Source: Isurus oxyrinchus (Eukaryota). Taken from it: a DNA stretch of 64,000 bases. Numbering within the stretch: position 1 is the stretch's first letter; each line of letters begins with the position of its first letter. The position numbers were made by a program, and so were the translations under genes. The notes beneath the pieces were generated by a model. It did not search any database, was not told the origin of the DNA, and was given only the letters and a program-made list of their open reading frames with translations. Location: contig JANJGN010000007.1 in the NCBI GenBank assembly GCA_026770705.1, positions 179,366,001 through 179,430,000 of the forward strand, given 5' to 3'. Shown here one piece after another: positions 14,360 through 27,785 of the stretch.

Positions 14360-17300
14360 TCACCTTACACACCATGTCCCAGACACTGCCATCCGCTCCC
14401 ACCAGCAGGACAGACCCAGCAGAGGTGGCGGCACGGTGGTGTACAGTTGGGAGGGAGTTGCCCTGGGAGTCCTCAACATCAACTCCAGACCCCATGAAGC
14501 CTCATGGCAACAGTTCAAACATGGGCAAGGAAACCTCTTGCTTGTTACCAATCAGTGCTCCTCCATGTTGAACACCACTTGGAAGGAAACACTGAAGGTG
14601 GTAAGGGCACAGAATGTACTCTGGGTGGGGGACTTCAATGTCCATCACCAAGAGTGGCTCAGTAGCACCACTACTGGCCGAGTTGGCTGAGCCCCAAAGG
14701 ACACAGTTGCTAGACTGGGTCTGCAGCATGTGGTGAGGGAACAAGAGAGAAAAACATACCTGACCTCGTTCTCACCAATCTACCTGTCACAGATGCATCT
14801 GTCCATGACAGTATCGGTGGAAGTGACCCCCGCAGAGTCATTGTGGAGATGAAATCTCATCTTCACATTGTGGCTACCATTCATAATGTTGTCTGGTACG
14901 ACCACCGTGCTAAATGGAATAGATTTCGACCAGATCTAGCAACTCAGAACCAGGCATCCATGAGGCACTGTGCGCCATCAACAACAGAATTGTATACAAC
15001 CACAATGTCTAACCTCATGGCCCAACATATCTCCCACTCAACCATTACCATCAAGCCAGGGATCGACCACGGTTCAACGAAGAGTTCAGGAGGGCATACC
15101 AGGAGCAGCACCAAGCATACCTAAAAATGAGAAGTCAACCTGGTGAAGCTACAACACAGGACTACTTGCATGCCAAACAGTATAACCAGCATGCGATGGA
15201 TTGGAGCTAAGCAATCCCACAACCAACAGGTCAGACCTAAGCTGTACAGTCTTGCCACATCCAGTCATGAATGGTGGTGAACAATTAAACAACTGGACGA
15301 GGAAGCTCCAAAAATATCCCCTTTCAGTAATAGTTGACAATTTCAAGTACCCTAATATCAATTGGGATACATTGTGAAGGGCAAAAAATTCTTGAACTGC
15401 ATTCAAGAGAACTTGTTGAGTCAGCACATGACAAGTTCAACGAGAGGGGGCGCAATTCTAGATTTGGTCTTTGAAAATGAAGCTGGGCAAGTGGATGAAG
15501 TAGCTGTGGGGTACCATTTTGGAGATAGTGAGATTTAGCATCATTATGGAAAAGGACAAAGATAGAATACAAGTAAAAGTTCTTAATTAGGGGAAGACAA
15601 ATTTCACAAAGCTGAGAGGTGTACTGGCAAAAGTGGACTGGATACAGATCATAGAAGGAAAGCAATGTCAAATCAATGGGAGGCATTCAAAAGTAAGATT
15701 CTACAGGCACAGTGTAGACACGTCCCCATAAATAAAAAGGGTGGTACTGTCTAATCTAGAGCCCCCTGGTTTTCCAGAAGCAGACAGACCAAGATAAGGC
15801 AGAAAAATAAAGCTTAGGACAGTCACAAAAAGTTTAATACTGTAGAAAGCCAAGGGGTGAAGTAAAATTGGAAATTAGGAAAGCAAACAGAGGGTAGGTA
15901 AAGTCAAGAAAACACAAAGATGTTTTGCCAGTACATTAAGAGCAAGAAAATAACCAAGGAAAGGGTAGGGCCCATCAGGGATGTACGTGGCAACTTATGC
16001 ATTGATGCTGAAGGTGTGGGCAGGGTTCTCATTTAGTACATTGTCTCAGTCTTCACTAAGGAGAGAGATGACGCAGACATTCTAGTTAAAGAGTGTGAAA
16101 TATTAGATACATTAAACATAGTAAGAGTATAAGCACTTGAGGGACTAACATCCTTGAAGGTGGATAAGTCACCAGGGCCAGAAGGATTGTATCCCAGGCT
16201 GTTGAAGGAAGCCGAGGAGGAAATAGCAGATGCTCCAAGGATCATTTTCCAATCCTGACTAGATACAGGCGAGATGCCAGAGGATTAGAAGTCTAAAGAG
16301 GGTGCAGGAGATAGGTCAGAAAATTTTGGCTGGTCAGTCTGACTTAGTCGGTGGGCATATTGGAGTCAATTCTGAGACACAGGATAAATTGCCACTGAGA
16401 AAGGCACAGGTTAATCAGAGATAGCAGCATGGTTTTGTTAGGGGAAGATCGTGTCTTAATAACTTGATAGAATTTTTTGAGGAAGTAACAAGGAGGATTG
16501 ATGGAGCTAGTGCAGTGGATGTTGTCTACGTGGATTTCAGTAAGACATTTGACAAGGTCCCACATGGCAGACTGGTCAGAAAAGGTGAGATCTCGGGGGA
16601 AAGTCATGAGTTGGATCCAAAATTGGCTCAGCAACAGGAAACAAAGGGTAATTGTCGATGGATATTTTTGTGAATGGAACGCGCTTTACAGTGGCGTTCC
16701 ACATGGCTGAATGTTTGGGCCCTTGCTGCTGTTATGCATGATGATCTGGAGTTAAACGTGGGAGCTATGATCAGGAACTTTGCAGATGACACAAAAATTG
16801 GCCATGTAATTGATAGTGAAGAGCATAGCTGTTGTTTCCAGAATTGTATTAATGGTTTGGTGGAATGGGCAGAAAAGTAGCAAATAGAATTCAATGTGGA
16901 AGAGTGCGAAGTAATGCTTTCCTTCATTGGACAAAGTATAGAATACAAAAGAAGGGATGTAATAATGGAACTGTATAAAACACTGGTTAGGCCACAGCTG
17001 GAAATTAGTGTACAGTTCTAGTCACCACATTACAGGAAGAACATAATTGTTTTGGAGAGCGCACAGAGAAGATTTACAAGAATGTTGCCAGGGCTTGAAA
17101 ATTGCAGTTATGAGGAAAGTTTGGATAGGCTAGGGTTTTCTTTAGAAAAGACGAGGCTGAGGGGTGACTGAATTGAGGTGTACAAAATTATGAGGGGCCT
17201 AGATAGGGTAGACTGGAAAGACCTAGTTTAGAGGTTAATTACTAAGGGGCACAGGTTTGATGTGATTGGTAGAAGGATTAGAGGGGACATGATGAGAAAC

Positions 17301-19460
17301 TTTTTCACCCAAAGGGTGGTGGGCATCTGGAATTCACTGCCTAAATTGGTGGTTGAGGCTGAAATGCTCAACTCATTTAAAAAGGTACCTAGATCTGCAC
17401 CTGAATTGCTATAACCTGCAAGACTACGGGACCAGGTGATGGAAAGTGGGATTAAATTGAATAGCTAGTTTCTTTTTTATTCTTTTTTTGACCAGCACGG
17501 ACATGATGGGCTGAATGACCTCTTTAGGCACTGTAACTTTTTTGTGGATCTATGATGGGCAAGCCCAGCACATCAGTGCAAAAGACAATGCTGAAGCATT
17601 TGCAGCCAGCTTCAGCCGGAACGTTAAGAGGTGAATTGATTGAAACATAAGATCCTGAGGGGATTTTTAAGGCAAAGGTAGATAGATTCTTGATAAGCAA
17701 TGGGGTGATAGGTTATCAGGGGCAAGCAGGAATGTGAAGTTGAGAGTACAATCAGATCAGCCATTCTGGAGGGGCCGAGTGGCCTACTCCTGCTCCTGAT
17801 TCATATGCAAGTGCCGAGTGACTGAGCCATTTTGGCATCCGCTGGAGGATCCCAGCATCACAGATGCCAATCTTCAGCCAATTCAATTAATTTCCAGTGA
17901 TATCAATGCGTACCGCAAAGGCTATGGTCCTGACAATGTTCTGGCAATAGTACTGAAATCTTGGGCTCCAGAACTAGCCATGCCTCCTAGCCAAGATATC
18001 CTAGTACAGTAACAACACTGGCATCTACCCAGCTATGTGGAAAATTGCCCAGGTACGTCCTGTACACAAAAAGCAGGATAAATCCAACCCGGCCAATTAC
18101 TGCCCCATCAGTCTACTCTCCATCATCACTAAAGTGATGGAAGGGATCATCCACAGTGCTATCAAGGGACACTTGCTTAGGAATAACCTACTAACTGGCA
18201 CCCAGTTTGGGTTCTGCCAGGGTCACGCAGCTCCTGACCTCATTACAGCCTTGGTTCAAACATGGACAAAAAAGCAGAACTCCCGAGGTGAGGTGAGAAT
18301 GACGCCCTTGACATCAAGGCAGCATTTGACCGAGTGTGGCATCAAGGAGCCTTAGAAAAACTGGAGTCAATGGGAATCAGGGGGAAAACTCTCCGCTGGT
18401 TGGGTTCATACCCAGCACAACAGAAGTCAGGTGTGGCTGTTGGCAGTTTAATCATCTCAGTTCCAGAACATCACTGCAGAATTTCCTCAGGGTAGTGTCC
18501 TAGGGCCAACCATCTCGAGCTGCTTCATCAATGACCTTCCTTTCATCATAAGATCAGAAGTGGGGATGTTCACTGATGATTGCACAATGTTCAGCATCAT
18601 TCGTGACTCCTCAGATACAGAAGTAGTCAGTGCCCTTTAACAGCAAGAGCTGGACAATATTCAGACTTGGGCTGATGTGTGGCATGACTGTTACTTGCCA
18701 CTTAAGTGCGAGGCAATGACCACATCCAACAAGTCAGAAACTAACTATCTCCCTTTAACATTCAAATGCATTACCATCAATGAAATCCCCAAATATCAAC
18801 ATTCTGGGGGTTACCATTGACCAGAAACTGAACTGGACTAGCCACATCAATACTGTGACTGCAAGGGCAAGTCAGAGGCTGGGAATTCTGCAGATAGTAA
18901 CTCACGTCCAGACTCCCCAAAACCTGTCCACCTCTACAAAGCAGGAGTGTGACAGAATACTCTCCACCCGCTTGGATGAATCTAGCTCCAACAACACTCA
19001 AGAAGCTCAACACCAACCAGGACAGAGCAGCCTGCTTGATTGGCACCCCATGCACCACAATAAACATTCACTTCCTCCACTACCAACTCACAGCAGCAGC
19101 AGTGTGTCCCATCTACAAGATGTACTGCAGCAACTCACCAAGGTTACTTAGATAACACCTTCCAAACCCAAGACCTCCACCACCTAGAAGAACAATGGCA
19201 GCCAATGCATGGGACCCCCAACACCAGGAAATTCCCCTCCAAGTCACACAGCATCCTGATTTGGAACTATAATTGCCATACCTTGACTATCATTGAATCA
19301 AAATCCTGAAACTCCCTCCCTTACAGCACAGTGGGTGTTCCTACAGCACATGGACTACAGCAGTTCAAGGTGGCAGCTCACCACTTCCTTCTCAAGGGCA
19401 ATTAGGGATGGGCAATAAATGCTGTCCTAGCCAGCAATGCCCATATCCCATGAACAATAA
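14360..19460 (+). mobile_element. Near full-length ORF2 of LINE family B (APE endonuclease to RT to tail), interrupted by two CR1 insertions
   Basis: Endonuclease motif VLWVGDFNVHHQEWL at ~14620. Sequence resumes at ~17555 and ~17805 (WKIAQVRPVHKKQDKSNPANY). Tail at 19400-19455. Confidence 0.82.
15325..17552 (+). mobile_element. CR1 LINE, long decayed ORF2 with 3' tail
   Basis: IEFFEEVTRRID..VDVVYVDFSKTFDKVPHGRL, FADDTKIG; CR1 tail at ~17500-17552. Confidence 0.88.
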
Positions 19461-20192
19461 GAAAATAAAAAACAGACATTGTAAAAAGAAAGTAGCTAAA
19501 ATAAATGTTGAACGTTTTAAGGATGAGACTGAGGAATTTAATAACGGGACACAAGGAAATGGCAGAGACTTGAGATCAATATTCTGTATCTGCCTTCACA
19601 TTAGAAAACACAAAAAGCATCCCAAGAATAGCAGAAAATCAGAGGGCAAAAGGGAGGGAAGAAATTAAAACAATTATGATGACTAGAGAAAACGTACTCC
19701 GTAACTTATGGGTCTCAGCACTGACAAGTCCCTTAGACCAGACCACCTGCAGCCTAGGGCGTTTTCTTCACTCAGAGGGTGGTGAATATTTAGAATTCTC
19801 TACCATCGAGTGCTGTGGAAGTTCAATCACTGAGCATGTTCATGGCAGAAATCGATAAATTTCTGGATGCTAAAGACATCAGGGGATATGGGAATAGCTT
19901 GGGAAAGTGGCATCGAGGTCGATGATCAGCCATGATCAAATTAAATCGTTCATCGGGCCAAATGGCCAGCTCCTGCTCCTCTGTTCCTAAAAAAGCGTAT
20001 GCAGAGATAGTAGACGTATTGGTCGCAATCTTCCAAAATTCCACTGACTCTGGAAAGGTCTGGCAGATCAGAAAACGACAAATATCACACTTCTATTCAA
20101 GAAAGGAAGGAAATAGAAAGCAGAAAACTATAGGAATGTTGGCCTAACATCTGTTACTGGGAAAATACAAATCACCCAGGACGAGGCTGTCT

Positions 20193-20525
20193 TGTGGTAT
20201 GTCAGCATCTAATAGGTTTTGTTTAATCAATGTTAAATACCCTGTGCTTGAAGGTAATAAGCTGAACAGGTGCTGGGTGTTGTTTTGTTAATTACACTTA
20301 ACTGTATATAAGGAAGAGACAGTCAGCACTGGTTTGATATGTTTCCTTTAATATTTGACTTTTTGTTTGCAGTGTCCCTTTAAGGGGCTGCATCTTGTTT
20401 TTCCTAATTTAGTTTAATCAAATGAGAGCACAGGCTCTCTGGTGTGTGATTGGGGGAGAAGTTAGCCCTGTACTGGGCAATAAACATTCTCTATCTAAAC
20501 ATCTGAGTTTCTTGTATCCTTCACA
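20193..20525 (+). mobile_element. Candidate solo LTR
   Basis: TG...CA ends, TATATAA at ~20304 and AATAAA at ~20480; no clear TSD. Confidence 0.4.
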
Positions 20526-21349
20526 TCCAGGCTTGGGAGTTAGCCAACATGGCCCACTGGGTCATATCCCTGACCCTGAGCCAGGAGCTCTGGGTTCAAG
20601 TCCCACTCCTGGACTTGATGGCCAAGGAAGGAGCGTTCATAATGCAACCACACAAGTTGAGTACCAACTTGTCAATCCTTCCAATATATGCCAATGGTGG
20701 GTGATAAGAGGGGGACCAGATTCCTGGTCAGCCCTGTGATGACAAGAACGTTGGAGCCTCCACCATCACTATCCATAACTCCAGGCTGCAACATGAATGT
20801 ACAAGTACATATTGCACAGTAACTTGGAAGTCTTGGGTGGGGGTGGGGCAGTTGGCTGGATGGCCAGTATGGATCAGATTGGATTCAGGATCTGCCCCTT
20901 TGCCCTACCCATGGGTGGAGGTCATAGCACTAGGGGTCTGACCTGCTCTCAGGCAGAGAACACAAGAAGCAGAACATTTAGAATATGATAAAACCATGTT
21001 GACTTTGCTCGACTGTATGAAAAGGGAAATCATGTTTGACAAATTTATTGGAGTTCTTTGGGGATGTAACAAGTACAGTGGATAAAGGGGAGCCAGTAGA
21101 TGTAGCATATTTGGATTTCCAAAAGACATTCGATAAACTGTCAAAAAGATTACTAAAGGGGAATTGGATAAATATTTTAAGGAGAAGAAACTGCAGGGAT
21201 ATAGAGAAAGAGCCAAGGATTAGAACAAACTGGATTGTTCTTCAAAACAGCAGGTGCAGACTCAATTGCTGATTCGGCATTTTGATTCTATGAATTGCAC
21301 AAGAGCTCATGGTGTTGGGGGTGATATGCTATCATGGATAGAAGATTGG

Positions 21350-22209
21350 CGGTCGGTGAGTGAGTGAGAGACACACACAGACCGACAGGAGGGACAAAAA
21401 AGATGCAGGTTAGCTGTGCATGTGCACACATTTGTATTGTGATGTTTTTCTAAGTGAGAGGTTAGACAGTGTATGTTGGTCCTAGTTATTAGAGTCCATC
21501 TCTTTGGCTGCTCTTGGCTCATGCTCAGGCCTGGCAACCAGTGAGGGTCCCTGTTGCAGTGGCAGCTTCTCGCCCTCGTCCAAACATGACAGAGAGGGAG
21601 TACAGCAGCAGGAGCTTCTCCTTCAATCCTCCTGATTGTCACGTGCACAACAATCAGCAACAGAACAACAAGCAGCGACATTTTAAACATACAACTTCTC
21701 TCACCCTGGCTCAATGTGGTGTTAACAAAGCACCCAATGGGGGAGCAAGTGAGAGTGCATCTTTAAAAGGATCGCTGGACAGACAGGAGCCCGGCACTTG
21801 GTCATGGTTAAATATTGGTGAGATGAGCAGTAAGGGGCTTACATGCCGGGATTACAGGCGGTGAGCTGTCTCCAGACTGGACAATAATGTGATGTTGTCA
21901 ATAACCTGGTGGAGTGAAAGGAATCGGCTCAGACCATGCTTTTTGCTTTCGGCTTTCTGCCATGAAAAAACAAACAAGAAAATAAATAAGAAGGGAGGGG
22001 AGCGGAGAACTGGATCAGACCGTGAACAACTTATATAGGCAAAAGGATCACTGGTGCCTTCCGTACAGAAAAATCTCAGAAAAAACCTGATTAACATTCA
22101 TATTTTGGGATGGCTGGAACTCCGATTACAAAATATGCTAGCCGTTCGCAATTTTGCCCTTTGCGAGAATTTGTGGGAATGTAACCCTGTGAATGGCGGG
22201 ACTTTACTG
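21350..22209. mobile_element. Probable Tc1/mariner (Tigger/pogo-like) non-autonomous fragment inside CR1
   Basis: Interrupts CR1. The right end reads GCGGGACTTTACTG|TA (reverse complement TA|CAGTAAAGTCCCGC), a Tigger-style terminus. The matching left TIR was not found. Confidence 0.45.
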
Positions 22210-23769
22210 TATTTAAATGGAGAGACTGCAGAATGCAGTAGTACAAAGGGATCTGGGTAACTTTGTACATGAAAACATGCAAATACAGCTAGTTAGGAAG
22301 TCACATGGAACATTGGACTTCATTGCAAGGGAGATGGAGTATACAAGTAGGGAAGTCTTGTTACAGCCAAACAGGGCATTGCTGAGACCAAACCTTAAGA
22401 GTACAGTGAACAGTTTTGGTCACCTAATTTAAGGAGGGATAGACTTCCATTGGAAGCAGCTCAGAGAAGGTTCAGTATGTTGATTTCTGGGATGACGGGG
22501 TTGTCTTATGAGGAAACATTGAAGAGGATGGACCCAGACTCATTGGGGTTTAGAATAATGAGAGGCGATCTTATTGAAACATATCAGATCCTGAGAGGAC
22601 TTGACAGGATTGATGCTGAGAGGATGTTTCCCTTCATGGCAGAATCTAGATTAGGGGGCACAGTTTAAAAACAAGGGGTCTCCCATTTAAGACAAAGTTA
22701 AGGAGAAATTTCTTTTCAAAGGGCCATTAATCTTTGGAATTCACTACCCAAGAGAGCATTGGAGGCTGGGTCATTGAATATATTCAAGGCTGAGTTAGAC
22801 AGATTTCTAATCAACAAGGAAGTCAAAGGTTATTGGAGGTAAACAGGAAAGTGCAATTAAAGCCCCAATCAGATCAACCATTATCTTACTGAATGGCAGA
22901 GCAGGCTCAAGGGACCAAATGGCCTCTTCCTGCCTCTATTTCTTATAATATGTCCCCATGGTGACCTGGGCTGCAGCTCCCTGAAGCCAAGTATATCCTT
23001 TCTTAAGCAAGGAGACCAAAACTATACACAAAAAAAATCAGGTGTATTCTCAAAGCTCTTTATGTGTAACTCATTAGTGGGAATTATTTTGTAATACACC
23101 ACAAATACCAGAAAGACTAGTACTTACCCCAAATCAGAAATTCAGCCCACACACCGAGCATTTGCTGCTGACTGGCTGCTCAATAGTCAAAAGGCAGACA
23201 GAGGAAATGCAGCTTCCTGATCTCAGCCAAGGCTATCTGAGTAAAATCATCAGGTGGGAAGTTTCCCTTTGCCTTCCCAGCATCAAAAACAAGAGTAGAT
23301 CAAAAACTAATCATACCAACACTCCAAGTCCAGGGCCTTAACATATTGTAAAGATTTATGAATTACAAAAATCAACAGAAAGTTGTCAGATAAGCTATTT
23401 TAAGTAAATCACTAAAGTAATTTTCATCCGACAATTGTGGGCAAGTTTTCAAAACTGAGTTTACCAGGGGCCTTCACAAGTAGGCTGCAAGTTCAGACCT
23501 CTGTCTGTTTACATCTGCTCACACTGCAGATGGTCAGGATGTGTTTGATAGCCAACAAACATATTATTTCTCTCTTATGATTTATTTAATAAAAATTTTC
23601 TGGTGACAACAGCACTGTTTGCTGCTGGGGTAGCCAACACTGTCTTTCAGGTTTTGGTTCAAGGTGCACCTCAAGAGTGTCAATCTTAGCAAGTCTAGAT
23701 TTTAAAAAAAAGTGTCCATGGGGACACTTGATTTAACATTACGATGAGGTTTGACAAGTTAAACATGAG

Positions 23770-24590
23770 ATGTTCTCACCTTTTGGGGAGTCCAAAACTA
23801 GGGGGCCATAAATATAAGATTATCACTAATAAATCCAGTAGTGAATACAGGAGAAACTTCTTTACCCAGAGTGGTGAGAATTTGGAACTCAATACCACAA
23901 AGGTGTAGATGTGGTGAATAAGAACACAAGAAATAGCAGTAGTGTAGACGCGGTGGTCCCTCGAGCCTGTTCCATAAATTAGACAAGATCATGGCTGATC
24001 TTCTACCTTAACTCCACTTTCTTGTCTGATCCCATATCCGTTCATTCCTTGAGGGATTAAAAATCTATCGATCTCAGTCTTAAATATATTCAGTGATGAT
24101 GTATCCACAAACCTCTGGTCAGACAAGTCCAAAGGTTCACATCCCTTTGAGTAATTAAACTACTCCTCATCTCAGTCCTAAATGTTTGAACCTCACATCC
24201 TGAGGCAATTCCCTCATGTTCTCGGTTCCACAGAGTGGGGAAACAACCTCTAAGTGTCTGCTCTTTGAAGCCCCTGTTCAATCTTCTCCGTTTAAATGAA
24301 AACACCTTTCATTCTTCTAAACACGAGAATATAGGTCTAATTTACTCATCATAGGACTACCACTTCATCCCAAGAACCAATCTAGTGTACCACCTTCGAG
24401 GCAATATATCTTTCCTCAATATGTATTTAAGGGGAAGCTAGATAAGTACACGAGGGAGAGAGGAATAATAGAAGGATATGCTGATAGGGCAAGATGAAGT
24501 AGAACGGGAGGAGATTGTTGTGGGATTTCAATTCTGGCCAACATGAGACTAGTTGGGACAAATGGTCTATTTCTGCATTGTCAATTTTAT
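23770..24590. mobile_element. CR1 3' fragment (+) interrupted by a CR1 3' fragment (-)
   Basis: NFFTQ..VRIWNS-like segment at 23850-23895, a minus-strand CR1 at ~23925-24420, and the plus-strand tail resuming at ~24420. Confidence 0.7.
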
Positions 24591-25699
24591 GCAATTTGGT
24601 TGAGAAAGCAGTTAAAAAGGCACCATTTTAGGGGTCCCAGTACAAAAACTTTTTGTTATATTTGTTCAAGGGAGATGGGCATCACTGGCTAGGCCAACAT
24701 TTATTGCCCATCTTAAACATATTATTGCTTCCCTAGTTAGTATACTGGAAGCTTGTCAATATTGGACTAAATCTTCAACATAAAAACAGATGGCCATTTA
24801 ACCCAAGAAAGCAAATAGTGCACTCTAATTGCATCAATCCATAGTTGAAGCTATTTTTTTTTCCCAAACTAAAACACTGCTCAAGAAACTGCCTTCACAA
24901 TTTAACATATGCACATATTAAGTTCAAGTGTCATTGTTATAGGTATTATTCTTTATGTGAAAACGGAGGTGGGGGGGGGAGCGGAGAAAGAGAGACTTGC
25001 CAATACCGAGACAGAAATAACTTGAAACATAAAAGTCCTTCTCCGTGTACATTACAACTTCAAAGTAATCCAGAGACAACCAACTCTGAAATAGTCCCTG
25101 GGACGGAGCTGCATTGCCACTGGATAAAACAAAAGTTACTGTAAATTAGCACTTCAGAACTTGACGCACAGAAATCCCCGCATACAATTTGGTTTTGAAG
25201 GGAAGTCTGCAATGTGTATATGGCCCCAATAAATAAATAAATAACGGATGAAAACATCAAAGTGGAGAGACAGACCCCCCCTGGGACAATGAATCGCAGA
25301 GAGTAACGGTGCGTTTGATTTTTTTTTTACGGACAAAACCGGGCTGGTTCAGAAACCGAAACTTAAAACCTGATAAGTTAGATGAAGAAAGAGTAAAACG
25401 AAACCCTGTTGTTTTGTTTTATTATTTGTGACGATGTGGACAGCAGGTTGTCTCGAAAAACCCACCAAAACCCACCCCATCCCCCCCCCCCCTTCCCCCA
25501 ACACCACCACCACCACCAACTTCTTGACATATCCAAATCAGAACATCCACTTTCTCTTCATTTTGGGCAAATTTCACATTCGTTTCAAATTTATTTATTT
25601 TTTTTTTCCAAAAAAAAAGTGAGAAAACGATCAAATTGAAAAAAAAAATAAAAATCAGCCCGAAATTGGATGAAATCCACTCGACAGAGAGACAGAGAG

Positions 25700-26330
25700 A
25701 CAGAGAGAGAGAGAGCAGCAGAAGCTCTTGTTGACAAACCCCGCCATTTTAACTCGGTTTAAGGGGGGGGGGGGGGGGTAAAAGCACCCCAGGTTGAAAT
25801 AACAGAGCGAAGCCCTTCCCGCGGCAAAAAGGGGGGGGGAGGGAGGGAGGGGGGGGGGGGGGGGGAGGTGGGGGGGCCGAAAGGCCGAGGGTGGTTTTCA
25901 AGTGAGATTATTTATACCCAGGGAAGGCGCAAAAAGGGGGTCCGCGGCGCCTAGGCCCGGCGCCTCCCGCCGCTCTGCGCCATTTACCTTTGGCTAAAGC
26001 GACGGTGGAGTTCTCGGTGTCGATGGTGTACAGAATCCCCTCGTACCGGATCTCCGCCTTGGAAATAAGGCTGATTTTACTGCCGATGTAAGGAGTACCC
26101 CCGCTCATGATGCCAGCCGGACGGTGCCCAGCGCTCTGCGAGCCCACGGAGGCGGCGGATGGACGCGGATGGAGTCGGCGCCCCCCCCCCCGCTGCCTGC
26201 CCGTCCCGCCGGCGGCCTTTCTCTCGCTCGCTCGCTCGCTGCCTGTCCCGTGACGTTAGCTCAGGCAGCAGTTAACATGGCGGCCTTCATATTCCAGTGA
26301 GCAGGCCCTTCCCCCACTCTCACTCACCCA
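25700..26330 (-). promoter_or_regulatory. CpG island/promoter of LSM14A with YY1-like and CRE-like motifs
   Basis: High GC and CpG density against a CpG-poor background. AACATGGCGGCC at 26274-26285, CCGCCATTTT at 25741-25750, TGACGTTA at 26251-26258, (CGCT)n and poly-G runs. Confidence 0.75.
25988..26108 (-). CDS. LSM14A: LSM14 family (RAP55/Scd6) first coding exon, N-terminal LSm domain
   Basis: Translates [40 protein letters not shown], which matches my recollection of the vertebrate LSM14A N-terminus (human LSM14B begins MSGSSGTPYLG..KAQ..TDN). 121 nt ending in a phase-1 donor AAAG|GTAAAT. Lies in a CpG island. Exon 2 (VRSFGTEDRP...) was not found in 1-25987, so intron 1 probably extends beyond the window. 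Confidence 0.93.
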
Positions 26331-27309
26331 CTCACTCACTCACTCACCCACAACAGGCAGCAAGCACCACACTGTAGACAATAAAATAAACACACAACCA
26401 GCTTTTTGGGAAGTAAAAACAAAAATAAAAGCAAAAAAAAAAACAAACAAACTGCGGATGCTGGAAATCCAAAACAAAAACACAAACACAAACACCTGGG
26501 GAAAAACTCAGCAGGTCTTTCCAAGCTTTTTTTTGGGGAAAGTCCTACCACTTAACTCTCCAACTCAAAAAACATGACTCAAGAACCTTGAATCAAAAAA
26601 AAAATCTGATCTTCGCGTGCCTGAGGAAAGACCGCATAAACGTGGGTGCAAAAAGTTATTTTACGATTTATTTTGGAGAATTGTCCTTTTATCTGCACGT
26701 TTTATTTTTAAGTTTCCCCCCCCCCCCAGAGCAACTTGAGAAACCTTGTTTTTTTTTGAATTAAAACAATCATTTATTGCTAACAATTTGAAAATTTTCA
26801 TTAGGGTCTAATCAACAATAATTGAATTTTTGCACAACCAGAAGTTGGATTTGGGGGTGTTGGTTGGCTGCATGTCTGGTTTGTGATGTAGTAATACCAA
26901 CAGTGGAGGTTCAATTCCTGTACCAGCTAAGATCAGCCGTGAAGTCCCTGCCTTCTCAACTTCACCCCTTACCTGAGGTGTGGTGATCCTCAGGTGAAAC
27001 TCACCACCAGTTGTATCTTTCTCTCCAATGAGAGTAAAAGTTGGATTTCCAAAATGCATTTGGAAATTCATTTAGATATAAAATACCCAACTGAGGACAG
27101 ACCAAACACATGGAAACACACATTTACTCATGCTTGACTCAAGCTTGTTGGGAAGATAGAAGCAAGGAGTTAAGGTGAGGTGTTGCGTGAAAATGAGTTT
27201 GGAGCCATTGCAGTAGAGCTTTGTCTCCCCTTTACACTGAATTATCTGACTTTTTAAATTCCTGAAAATAAGGAGATTGAGAATGGTATCAGATGGTTAA
27301 AAAAACAAA

Positions 27310-27785
27310 GAAACAGGAGTAGACCTCAAAGGCCATCAAGCCTGCTCTGCCACTAAACATGATCATGGCTGATCTTGGGCTTCATCTCAATTTTCCCGCC
27401 CACTCCCTGTACCCTTAATTCCCTGAGAGACCAAAAATCTGTCCATCCCAGCCTTAAGCATTTTCAATGATGCATCCACAACCCTCTGGGCTGGAGAACT
27501 CCAAAGATTCACAAACCTTTAGGTGAAGAAATTTCTCCTCTTCTCAGTCCTAAATGATTGGCCCCTTTTCCTGAGACTGTGACCCTGTGTTTTAGATTCC
27601 CCGGCCAATGGAAACTATCTCTCAGCGTCCACCCGATCAAAACCCTTCAGAATTTTATAGGTTTCGATGAGATCGCCTCTCATTCTTCTAACTTGAGAGA
27701 ACATAAGCCCAATTTATTCAGCCTCTCATCATAGGACAACGCCCTCATCCCAGGGACCAATTTAGTGAACCTTCACTGTACTGTG
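27310..27785 (-). mobile_element. CR1 3' fragment
   Basis: Reverse complement of the CR1 ORF end and tail. Confidence 0.78.

Larger units (their letters stand above)
19470..22950 (+). mobile_element. Fragmented CR1 LINE(s) with nested insertions
   Basis: TNLLEFFGDVTSTVDKGEPVDVAYLDFQKTFDK; QRRFSMLISGM..RGDLIETYQIL; tail near 22900-22950. Confidence 0.8.

Noticed and set aside
26109-26147. In-frame GTG upstream of the LSM14A ATG (possible N-terminal extension)
   Set aside because: Pyrimidine at -3, and open frames are expected in a GC-rich UTR; no supporting evidence.
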